A DNA stretch of 64,000 bases, taken from the IMG/VR virus record IMGVR_UViG_3300021387_000357, positions 18,768 to 82,767 of that record; one strand, given 5' to 3'. Made by a program: the position numbers and the translations under genes. The DNA is from a virus (Duplodnaviria; Caudoviricetes). The notes beneath the pieces are model-generated. The model was given only the letters and a program-made list of their open reading frames with translations, made no database searches and was not told the origin of the DNA. Below, piece by piece: positions 19,087 to 27,715 of the stretch; the first letter of the stretch is position 1, and each line of letters starts with the position of its first letter.

Positions 19087-19413
19087 ATGAAGGTTTGGAT
19101 AGATGATATTCGTCCTATTCCAGAAGGATATGATATCTGGATTAAGAGAGTAGATGAAGCTATTGATTTCATTTCTACTCACAAAGATGAAATTTCTCTT
19201 CTTGATTTAGATCACGATGCTGGTGATTATTTTTGTTATGGCGGAGATTATATTAAAATTTTAGATTGGATGGAAGAGGAAGGTATCTCTATTCCTGTTT
19301 CTATTCATAGCGGAAATCCATATGGTATTCAAAAAATGTGGCAGATAATTCAGCATTGTGGATGGAAATATGTAGAGTCTCCTGATGAATATACGCTTGA
19401 TGTAATTTTATAA
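19087..19413 (+). CDS. cyclic-phosphate-processing receiver-like domain protein
   Basis: KVWIDDIRP...SLLDLDHDAG...IHSGNPYG pattern. Confidence 0.7.
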   Translation: MKVWIDDIRPIPEGYDIWIKRVDEAIDFISTHKDEISLLDLDHDAGDYFCYGGDYIKILDWMEEEGISIPVSIHSGNPYGIQKMWQIIQHCGWKYVESPDEYTLDVIL

Positions 19414-19425
19414 AAAGAGGGAAAA

Positions 19426-19692
19426 ATGAAGTTATTACATAATGTTAATGATGTAAACAATTTTTGGGAATACATTGATAAATGTAAAGGACCAGTTCTT
19501 TTAATAAAAAATGATGGATCTGAAACATTAAATTTAAAATCAACTCTTAGCCGTTATATTGCAGTTGGTGAATTGCTTAAAGAGCATGGCGATGAATATG
19601 AACTTTTTTGTGTAGAAAAAAATGATGAAATTTTAATGTTAAATTTTTTCGATTATTTACATTCAGAAAGAAGAAATAATAGTGCAAATTAA
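19426..19692 (+). CDS. host-like small Lachnospiraceae protein (often auto-annotated polyA polymerase; function unknown)
   Basis: NFWEYIDKCKGPVLL...LNLKSTLSRY pattern, recalled not searched. Confidence 0.55.
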   Translation: MKLLHNVNDVNNFWEYIDKCKGPVLLIKNDGSETLNLKSTLSRYIAVGELLKEHGDEYELFCVEKNDEILMLNFFDYLHSERRNNSAN

Positions 19693-19880
19693 TGATTGTG
19701 CGTTTTGAAATCAGTTTAACGATGTTAAACAATAAATTTGTCTCTTGTGGGCACAGACATTAAAAAAAACCTTCTGAACAACTAACGTTGAGGGCTGGAG
19801 CATACTGACAAGTCAAGTATGGGAAAGATTTTCTCCAGAAGAGCGGTGGTATCGTCTCAAATATTGCTATATTGCATTTA

Positions 19881-19952
19881 CGGGGCGTAGCGTAGCGGTG
19901 ACGCACTAGTTTTGGGAACTAGGTCAGGCAGGTTCGACCCCTGTCGCCCCGA
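19881..19952 (+). tRNA. trnP: tRNA-Pro(TGG)
   Basis: CGGGGCG/CGCCCCG acceptor; loop TT-TGG-GA. Confidence 0.9.
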
Positions 19953-19955
19953 CTA

Positions 19956-20071
19956 AAGACATATACAGCAAAAATAACAAAAAAATTTTGTATCGTGAGT
20001 TCGAATCTCATCTAATGTGCTTAACATTTGTAGCCAAGTTGGAAAGGCAAGAATTTTATTAATATGTCTTG
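19956..20071 (+). ncRNA. ACAGCAA-stem ncRNA copy 4, circularly permuted tRNA mimic (YrlA-like topology)
   Basis: AAGACATAT/ATATGTCTT stem; then T-arm, loop-closed acceptor-like hairpin, D-arm. Confidence 0.75.
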
Positions 20072-20091
20072 TTTTTAAAAGGAGAGAAAAA

Positions 20092-20361
20092 ATGTTTCAT
20101 AATATTGTAATAGGAAAACCATTAGTTGAACCTTGGGAGCTTATTTCTTCTTCAAGAGAAGAATTTGAAAAATTTGATAAAAGAGATACTCTTTTTACTA
20201 ATGAAAGATTTCTTCCTGCAATTTTAGTTGAAGCTGGAATCGTTCCTTCTCGCGGAGAAGTTAGAAGGAATAAACCTGAATTATGTAAAACGCTAAATGA
20301 ATTGGATTGCCTTTGGGTTAAATGGGGTAAGAAAAAAATTTACATTATTGTTGGAGAATAA
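20092..20361 (+). CDS. standalone S4-like domain resembling the TyrRS C-terminal RNA-binding domain
   Basis: AAGGAG RBS; ILVEAGIVPSRGEVRR...KWGKKKIYII. Confidence 0.6.
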   Translation: MFHNIVIGKPLVEPWELISSSREEFEKFDKRDTLFTNERFLPAILVEAGIVPSRGEVRRNKPELCKTLNELDCLWVKWGKKKIYIIVGE

Positions 20362-20425
20362 AATATCATAAATAATCCTGCGCGTGTCACCTAGGGGCTA
20401 GGGTAACGGACTTTTTGTACATTGT

Positions 20426-20498
20426 GAAGGTGTAACTCAGTTGGTAGAGTATCAAACTTTTAATTTGAGAGTCGCGAGTCCAAGTCTCGTCACCTTCA
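20426..20498 (+). tRNA. trnK: tRNA-Lys(TTT)
   Basis: GAAGGTG/CACCTTC acceptor; loop CT-TTT-AA. Confidence 0.9.
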
Positions 20499-20523
20499 CA
20501 ATGTACAAAAAGGAGTTTTATAT

Positions 20524-20946
20524 ATGAATAGTAAAGATAAAGGAAATATTGGAGAAGCAATTGTTCTTGCTTAGTTTGTAAAAAGAAATATAACTGTTTC
20601 AATTCCATTTGGAGATAATGCTAGATATGATTTAATAGCTTAGTTTAATGGAAAATTAAATAAAATTCAAGTTAAATATTGTCATCAAAAGATTAGTGGA
20701 ACAGGTTCTATTTCTTATCCTTGTTCAAGTAGCTTAAATCATACAACAAATAAAGTAAGAACAACTTACGAAAATGAAATTGATTATTTTGCCTTTTATT
20801 TAGTTGAATGGAATAAAGTAATTTTAGTTCCCATTGATGTTATTGGTTCTAAAAAAACTATTATGTTTAGATTAGATACACCAAAAAATAATCAAGGAAA
20901 TTATAACATTGTTTCTGATTATGAATTTGATAAAATATTGAATTAA
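20524..20946 (+). CDS. free-standing PD-(D/E)XK homing endonuclease-like protein (2 in-frame TAG)
   Basis: GNIGEAIVLA*F...YDLIA*FNGKLNKIQVK; ends TAA. Confidence 0.8.
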
Positions 20947-20951
20947 TTAAT

Positions 20952-21066
20952 TATACGGTGGCGGAATAGGTAGACGTACACATGATGAAGCCCATTACGC
21001 TGAGTGTGTGAACATAGATAAGAGATTGCGATTGTTTATGTAAGGTGCAAATCCTTACCTGTATAA
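20952..21066 (+). ncRNA. enlarged tRNA-like element (20-nt anticodon loop, long variable arm)
   Basis: TATACGG/CTGTATA acceptor; GCGGAATAGGTAGACG D-arm; T-arm GTAAGG-TGCAAAT-CCTTAC. Confidence 0.6.
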
Positions 21067-21128
21067 TTCGCAATATAAGAATAGATTATTGCGTAAAATA
21101 TTTTTTGTGAAAGGTAGGAATTTTACAA

Positions 21129-21433
21129 TGAAGATTCTAAGTGAAAAGACAAACAAGTATTATGCAACAGTAGAAGAGTGCCAGGCCGCGGAAAAGGCAT
21201 TTGACGAAGCCGAAGCAAAGAAAAAGGCAGATACTGAAAAGCTAACTGCCGCGCGAAAGGAAAGAGCAAATGAAGTAGAGAAGGCATATAAAGAAAGTCT
21301 TAATGCCTCTAAACATTATCATGATTTGCTTGATGCTTTCGTAAAGGATTATGGTAGTTTTCATATGACGGTTCATACAGGAAACCTTAATCCTTTTGAT
21401 TCATTTTCTCATTTTTTTGATGCTTTCTTTTAA
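21129..21433 (+). CDS. hypothetical coiled-coil protein
   Basis: AGGTAGGA RBS before MKILSEKT. Confidence 0.7.
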
Positions 21434-21583
21434 GGTTTTATAAAATCTTAATTGATTTTTTAAAAAATTTTTGATATAATATATATATGAGAAATGAAAA
21501 AGTATTGAAACTTCTGTTGTTAAGTTAAGGAGAATTAAAACTAACTACTTTAATTTTCTGATTTAAAGACAACAATAGTTATA

Positions 21584-21667
21584 AAGATACTTACAGCAAA
21601 AATAATTTTATAAAAAACATTATTAATCTCTTAACAAGATTTAGTCAAAAAAATAGGTAGTATCTTG
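21584..21667 (+). ncRNA. ACAGCAA-stem ncRNA copy 5
   Basis: AAGATACT/AGTATCTT stem, ACAGCAA, internal hairpin AATCT-CTTAACA-AGATT. Confidence 0.65.
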
Positions 21668-21673
21668 TTTTAA

Positions 21674-21747
21674 TGGGGTATCGCCAAGTGGCTAAAGGCG
21701 GCGGACTTTGACTCCGCAATACGTTGGTTCGAATCCAACTACCCCAG
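21674..21747 (+). tRNA. trnQ: tRNA-Gln(TTG)
   Basis: U1:A72, G73; loop CT-TTG-AC. Confidence 0.92.
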
Positions 21748-21895
21748 CTCAAGGTTATTAATGAAATTCTCAATAAAATCATAGATAAACCCAGTAGCAA
21801 TAGACTTTATGAGAAATCTCATTAACAATTGATCTTGATGTGAAAATCAAGTCACTAACATATGACCGTGACAGCCGGTAAAATGATTTTATCAA

Positions 21896-21968
21896 TGGGC
21901 TATCGCCAAATGGTAAGGCAATGGATTCTGATTCCGTTATTGTGAAGGTTCGAATCCTTCTAGCCCAG
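21896..21968 (+). tRNA. trnQ: tRNA-Gln(CTG)
   Basis: U1:A72, G73; loop TT-CTG-AT. Confidence 0.9.
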
Positions 21969-21971
21969 CTT

Positions 21972-22044
21972 GCGTCATTAATGTAATCGGCTAACATATT
22001 TGCCCTCCAAGCAAAAAACGTGAGTTCAAATCTCATATGACGCT
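21972..22044 (+). tRNA. trnG: tRNA-Gly(TCC) with C33
   Basis: GCGTCAT/ATGACGC acceptor, U73; loop CC-TCC-AA. Confidence 0.8.
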
Positions 22045-22054
22045 CTATGATTAA

Positions 22055-22119
22055 TAGACATAAACAGCAATAATAATTATGGGATCAACTTTTAATTGAT
22101 ACAGCCAATACGTGTCTAG
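22055..22119 (+). ncRNA. ACAGCAA-stem ncRNA copy 6
   Basis: TAGACAT/GTGTCTA stem, ACAGCAA, internal hairpin ATCAA-CTTTTAA-TTGAT. Confidence 0.65.
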
Positions 22120-22177
22120 TTTAAAATTAAAGAATATCATAGAAGTAACACACTTCAACTCCCTTTCTTTTGATTTT

Positions 22178-22222
22178 GGACTAGGTATTTATGCAATTTT
22201 AATACCTAGTCCTATCTTTTTT
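22178..22222 (+). terminator. intrinsic terminator-like hairpin upstream of the TROVE gene
   Basis: GGACTAGGTATT/AATACCTAGTCC followed by a T-rich run. Confidence 0.6.
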
Positions 22223-22290
22223 AGAAGAGATGTAACTATTTTATATAAGGCTTTTGATGAAAAATTTAGAGATAAAAGGAGATTAAAATT

Positions 22291-23778
22291 ATGAATACTT
22301 TTCTTAATCAAATGAAGAAAGATAATAATTTTGCTTATACTGAGAATGGTGCTTTAACTCATAGAACTACTAATTCAAAGGTACTTGATATGTTTGCACT
22401 TGGTGGAGCTTATAGAAATCGTTCTGATGCAGAGGTAATTCTACTTTTTAAAAACGCATTTGAAGAGGACGCTAACCTTGCAATAAAGTGTCTTTTTTAC
22501 CTTAGAGATGTGCGAGGTGGGCAGGGAGAGCGTCGATTCTTTAGAGTTGCATATCGTTGGTTGTGTGATGCTTATCCTGAAACTGCAAAGAAAAATCTTG
22601 AAAACATTAGTGAGTATGGTCGTTGGGATGATCTAATTTATATCACAGAAGGAACAAAGTGTCAGACTGCCGCATTTAAGATTATTAAGCATCAGCTTGC
22701 TCTTGATATTCAGTGCAAAACTCCCTCCCTTCTCGCGAAGTGGATGCCTTCTCAGAACGCATCTAATGCAGATACTAAGAGACTTGGAGTTGCTCTTGCT
22801 AACTTCCTTAACATGACTAGCCGTGAATATCGTAAGACTCTTTCTGTACTTCGTGAGCGTATCAATGTTCTTGAGCGTCTTATGAGTGCAGGTAGATGGG
22901 ATGAAATCGAGTTCGATAAAATTCCTTCTAAGGCTGGTCTTGTGTATCGCAATGCCTTTGCTCGCCGCGACATTCTTGCGAAAAAGTATGAAGAGTTTGC
23001 TAAAAGTGAAAACACTAAAGTAAATGCAAAAACTCTTTATCCTTATGAAATTGTTGAAAAAGCTATTTCAAAAAGGTACAATAATGATCTTAATGATACA
23101 GAAAGACTAATGATTAATAAATATTGGTCTTGTCTTCCTGATTATCTTAATGGTCAAGATTGCAGTATGATGTGTGTTGTTGATACTTCTGGTAGTATGC
23201 ACGGCATGCCCATTAACATTGCAATTAGTCTTGGAATGTATTGTGCTGAAAGAATTGGTAAACCTTTTAAGAACCATTATATCAGTTTCAGTTCAAGACC
23301 TCAGTTAATTTCTATTGAAGGTATTGATTTTGTAGATAAGGTAGAACGAATTTACAGAACCAATCTTTGTGATAATACTGATCTTGAAGCGGTATTTAAT
23401 CTTCTTCTTGCTACGGCAAAAAAGTCGGGAGTAAGAAAAGAAGATATTCCGAAGCATGTGGTTGTTATTTCGGACATGGAAATTGATGCAGGAACCGGTA
23501 ATTGGTATTCAGGTTCTAAAAGATGGACTAAAGAAGGAGCTTCCACTGAAATGGAGAAAATCCGTAAAAAGTGGGCGGCAGAAGGTTATAAACTTCCTCA
23601 TCTAACTTACTGGAATGTAGACGCTAGAAACAATAACATTCTTGACTCTGGTCCTAATGTTACTTTTGTTTCAGGTGCATCACCTGTAATTTTTAAATCA
23701 ATTCTAACTGGTAAAACAGCCTGGGATTTGATGATTGATGTTATTTGCGGCAAAAGATATGAGCCTGTTGTTGCGTAA
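22291..23778 (+). CDS. TROVE/vWA-domain (DUF2828-type, Ro60-related) RNA-binding protein
   Basis: TENGA..., LFYLRDVRGGQGERRFFR, YGRWDDL, LLAKWMPS, vWA MIDAS VVDTSGSM and VISDMEID. Confidence 0.85.
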   Translation: MNTFLNQMKKDNNFAYTENGALTHRTTNSKVLDMFALGGAYRNRSDAEVILLFKNAFEEDANLAIKCLFYLRDVRGGQGERRFFRVAYRWLCDAYPETAKKNLENISEYGRWDDLIYITEGTKCQTAAFKIIKHQLALDIQCKTPSLLAKWMPSQNASNADTKRLGVALANFLNMTSREYRKTLSVLRERINVLERLMSAGRWDEIEFDKIPSKAGLVYRNAFARRDILAKKYEEFAKSENTKVNAKTLYPYEIVEKAISKRYNNDLNDTERLMINKYWSCLPDYLNGQDCSMMCVVDTSGSMHGMPINIAISLGMYCAERIGKPFKNHYISFSSRPQLISIEGIDFVDKVERIYRTNLCDNTDLEAVFNLLLATAKKSGVRKEDIPKHVVVISDMEIDAGTGNWYSGSKRWTKEGASTEMEKIRKKWAAEGYKLPHLTYWNVDARNNNILDSGPNVTFVSGASPVIFKSILTGKTAWDLMIDVICGKRYEPVVA

Positions 23779-23786
23779 TATATATT

Positions 23787-23822
23787 GAAGGATATGCAAA
23801 TTTTGCATATCCTTCTTTTTTT
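23787..23822 (+). terminator. intrinsic terminator
   Basis: GAAGGATATGCAA/TTGCATATCCTTC plus T run. Confidence 0.8.
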
Positions 23823-23951
23823 ATATATGCAAAAATTTCTTAGAACCTAGTAAATAGATCTTTGAGGCGGCTCGGCGCGAAAGCACTCGTATTCTGAAAC
23901 TAAAAATGGGTTTAGAATTTTTTTCTTTAGATTTTATGAAAACTGATTTTT

Positions 23952-23989
23952 GGTCAAAAACAAATAATAAAATTAGAAGAATTTTAATA
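23952..23989 (+). promoter_or_regulatory. putative late promoter
   Basis: GGTCAA-24 nt-TTTTAATA upstream of the + strand tail operon. Confidence 0.7.
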
Positions 23990-24035
23990 TATAATTGTAA
24001 GAGTAATCTTAACAACAAGAGGGAGGGACTACTAA

Positions 24036-24509
24036 ATGATATTGCTCTAGCATTATTCCTTATCTGATATTCTTATGTTTACTATTTTTTTAGCATTGTC
24101 AATTAAAAGTTTAATTTCTTTTTTTGATTGGGCTTATGTATATATAAAAAAAGCATTTAATATAAAATATTCTAAGATTACATAGAAATAGGAATTAGAA
24201 CGTCGTTTACAAAAAGGAAGCGAAGTCATGACAGAATTAAAACAAAATCAATAGGCAACGGATAAAATTTTAAAAGATTTATCTACAAAAATTGATATGT
24301 TAATTAATTCAGATCGAGATGACATAAAATCTTATATAACAAGATAGCATCATTATTTCTGTTATAAATTAGGATATATTGATGATTTTAGTCTTGATTG
24401 TATTGAAAAAAGATTTAAACATTATTCTGATGAAGGCGGCAATTCTTTTATAGAAAATTTTATGAAAGATTTAAGAGCTTTACCAATTCAATCGCCAAAA
24501 GAAGAATAA
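24036..24509 (+). CDS. TAG-recoded protein with N-terminal transmembrane segment
   Basis: GGAGG RBS; open through five TAG to TAA; first gene after late promoter 23952. Confidence 0.7.
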
Positions 24510-24542
24510 TAAGTTTTATAGAGAAAAAAGGAGATTAAGGAT

Positions 24543-27500
24543 ATGGCAATTACTTCAAATTTATATCCGCCTTTAATTAATGATACGTTGCCAAGTTTTA
24601 TAAGAACAAAAACTTGTAGAATTTATTTTTCTCTTTCTAATTATAATTCCGCAACGGATATAAAAAATGTTCAAATTTCTTTAATAAATCAAAGAACAAA
24701 CCAATCTGCTTTTGATACAATAAAATATCCTTCTGGAATAAAAATAGCATCAATGATATATGATTCTAATATTCAAAATGACTTTAATTATTATGTAGAA
24801 ATACCAGTTAAAGATTTAGCTGAAGGCGTTTTTGGTTTAAATCAATTTTATAAAGTTCAATTGCGTTTTACATCAAAATCAGCATCAGATCCTCCAAGTT
24901 TAGGAAAAGGATTGGCGACTTGGTTATATAATAATATGCAATATTTTTCAGAATGGTCAAAAGTTTGTTTAATTAAAGGTATTGAACAACCAATTATCAC
25001 TATTAGAGGTTTTGATAATACAGAAGCTAACCAAGAAACAATTTTAACAAATGCTATTATAGACATAATTGGATAGATGCATTATAAAAATGGAGTAGCA
25101 GAAAAAGAATATTTAAAACATTATAACATTAAAATATATCAAGATAATGATTTAAATACGGTTCTTTTTAATAGCGGAGAAATTTATACTAATTAGTACA
25201 ATCCTAATGAAATAAATTATGAATTAGGATATGATTTATCTGATGGAGTTAATTATATTCTATCTTTTACATATACAACAAATAACTTATATACAGAAAC
25301 AATTAATTATAATTTTGCTATTATACAAAGAGGCATTGATAAATTAAATGCAACCATTACTGCAACACCAGATGAAGAAAATGGTAGAATAAAAATTAAT
25401 ATTGTTTCAACTGATAGTGAAAGATTTATTGGAAATATAACAATTAGAAGAACTTCTTCTAAATCAGATTTTCATAAATGGGAAGATATAAAAACTATTA
25501 CTTATGTAACAGGACAATAGTTAAATTATTCTTGGTATGATATTACCATTGAAAGTGGGGTTTGGTATAAATATTGCGCTCAACGCCGCAATGCACGGGG
25601 CGATAGGGGAGTAATTATTCAGATTGAGAATCCTGTTATGTGTATATTAAATGATATATTTTTAACAAGGAATGATAAACAATTAAAAATAAAATTTAAT
25701 CCCTCTTTAAATGAGATAAAATATAATGTTACTGAATCTCAACAAGTAACTATTGGTTCTCAATATCCATATATAAAAAGAAATGGAAATAATTATTTTA
25801 GAACATTTCCTATTGGTGGGTTAATTAGTTCTTTTATTGATACAACAAATTGGTATGACCCACATTTTTATGATGGAGAGTTTCATAATAATGAGAATGA
25901 AATAGGAGCTTTTACTTCTAAAAATGATATTTATGGAGAATCATAGAGTTTATATAATAATTATAATAATAAAAATAATATAACTTAGTATAATGATTAT
26001 ATTTATGAAAGAGAATTTAGAAAAAAAGTTTATGATTTTTTATATAAACATGATGTAAAACTTTTCCGCTCCACAACAGAAGGAAATATTTTAATTAAAC
26101 TAATGAATATAGATTTTCAACCTGTTGAATCTTTGGGACGAATGTTATATTCTTTTACTGCAACCGCAGTTGAAGTAGATGCAGCTACTATATAGAATTA
26201 TCAAAAATATGGAATTCAAAATGTTGGAACTTATGAAGATTATATTACATATGAACATGAAATATTAGGGCAAATTCAAGGCACTTATAATGAAAATAGT
26301 GGAAATATCTTAACCAGTATTATTAACTCAAAATATAGTAATCAAGCAAATAAAGGATTTTTAAATCAGGTAAATAACTTAAAATGGTTAAAATTAGAAA
26401 TTAGTTCAGATCCATATCTAATTATTGAAGAAAATGGATCACTTATTCAAGCAGATAAAAATTCTAATATAAACATTAATAATGCAACAGTTGGATATAT
26501 TGTAGAAATTAATGGTGTATAGATGATTATTCATCCGAAAATTATTAGAAGGACAGAAAATGCGGTTGATGGAACTGGACCTATTACAACTTCATATATA
26601 GGTTATTTTGAGTTAAAAGAGTCAAATACAAAAATTACATCTTTAAAATTTAAGTATCCGACAACGGTTTCTATTGATTATATTGCTAATCTTAAAGAAA
26701 TTGAAGATACTTCTCAATTAGCTAGTAGAATTTACTATTTACAAAAACCTGGTCAGATATATGGAAATTTTGAACCTAAAGACTCTATTTTCCGTAAAAT
26801 TTATAATAAATATCTATTAAATTATAAAAAATATTATCAGAGATTGATAAGTATAACTTAGATACAAGTAGAAGGCTAGCCGGGAACAGTCGTTTATGTA
26901 AAAGATTCTAAAGACACAGAAGCTTCACGTCATATCTTACAAAATGGATATTTACAATTAAAATAGGATGAAGTTTTTATTGAAGGAATTTATTTTTGCG
27001 GCAAGCATCTTACTCAATGTACTGATCCGCTATAGATTTCAACAGTAAATGGAATTCAAGATTTTATATTACAAGAAGGAATATATGATAATTTAAATGA
27101 CATTAGTAATCCTATTAATGGTGGAATATATCAAATAAAAACTTATGGCATATCTTCTTCTGTTTTAAAAATGCAAAATCAAAAAATATTATTAGTTCCA
27201 GAAAATTTAACAGAAAAAATTGAAATTACACCAGACAATTTTTATACATTATTACTTGAAACAATAGATGATGATAATATATTAAAATTTGTATATTATT
27301 ATGGTTGCTGGTATGTTTTAAATTAGGCTTTAAAGAAAAAAGTTGAATTATTAAAAAATGATATTCGACATATTAGAGATGATGAATATATTTAGACAAA
27401 TGAACGATATGATGATTTTTCTGAAATAAAAAATCCTATTAATAATGGAGTATATTGGATTTCTGATTATGCAGTAATGCACTCTATTTCTTTTGATAGA

Positions 27501-27713
27501 AATACGGGATTATTAACAATAGAAAAAGAAGACGCTATATTAAAAACAGACCAAAATTTTGCTTTAATTGTTCAAAAATTATATGAAGCATCAAAAAATA
27601 GATATATCTACTATCATAATAATTGGTATTTATTTACGCCAGACAATGATGTATTATGTCCAATAGATGGAATAGTTAATTATTGTTGTGAAATCGTGAA
27701 AGGAGTGTATTAA
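24543..27713 (+). CDS. large TAG-recoded putative tail/baseplate protein (about 1056 aa)
   Basis: Track ORFs 24543, 25638, 26523, 27477 share one frame and are separated only by TAG; ends TAA. Confidence 0.75.
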
Positions 27714-27715
27714 TT

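Noticed and set aside
12050-22036. Track ORFs at 12050, 12313, 13248, 17768, 18589, 20387, 21779
   Set aside because: They overlap tRNA genes and lack RBS or protein motifs
11285-22119. ACAGCAA repeats as a CRISPR array or T-box riboswitches
   Set aside because: Copies are kilobases apart and self-complementary, with no repeat-spacer periodicity and no T-box GGTGGNACC antiterminator
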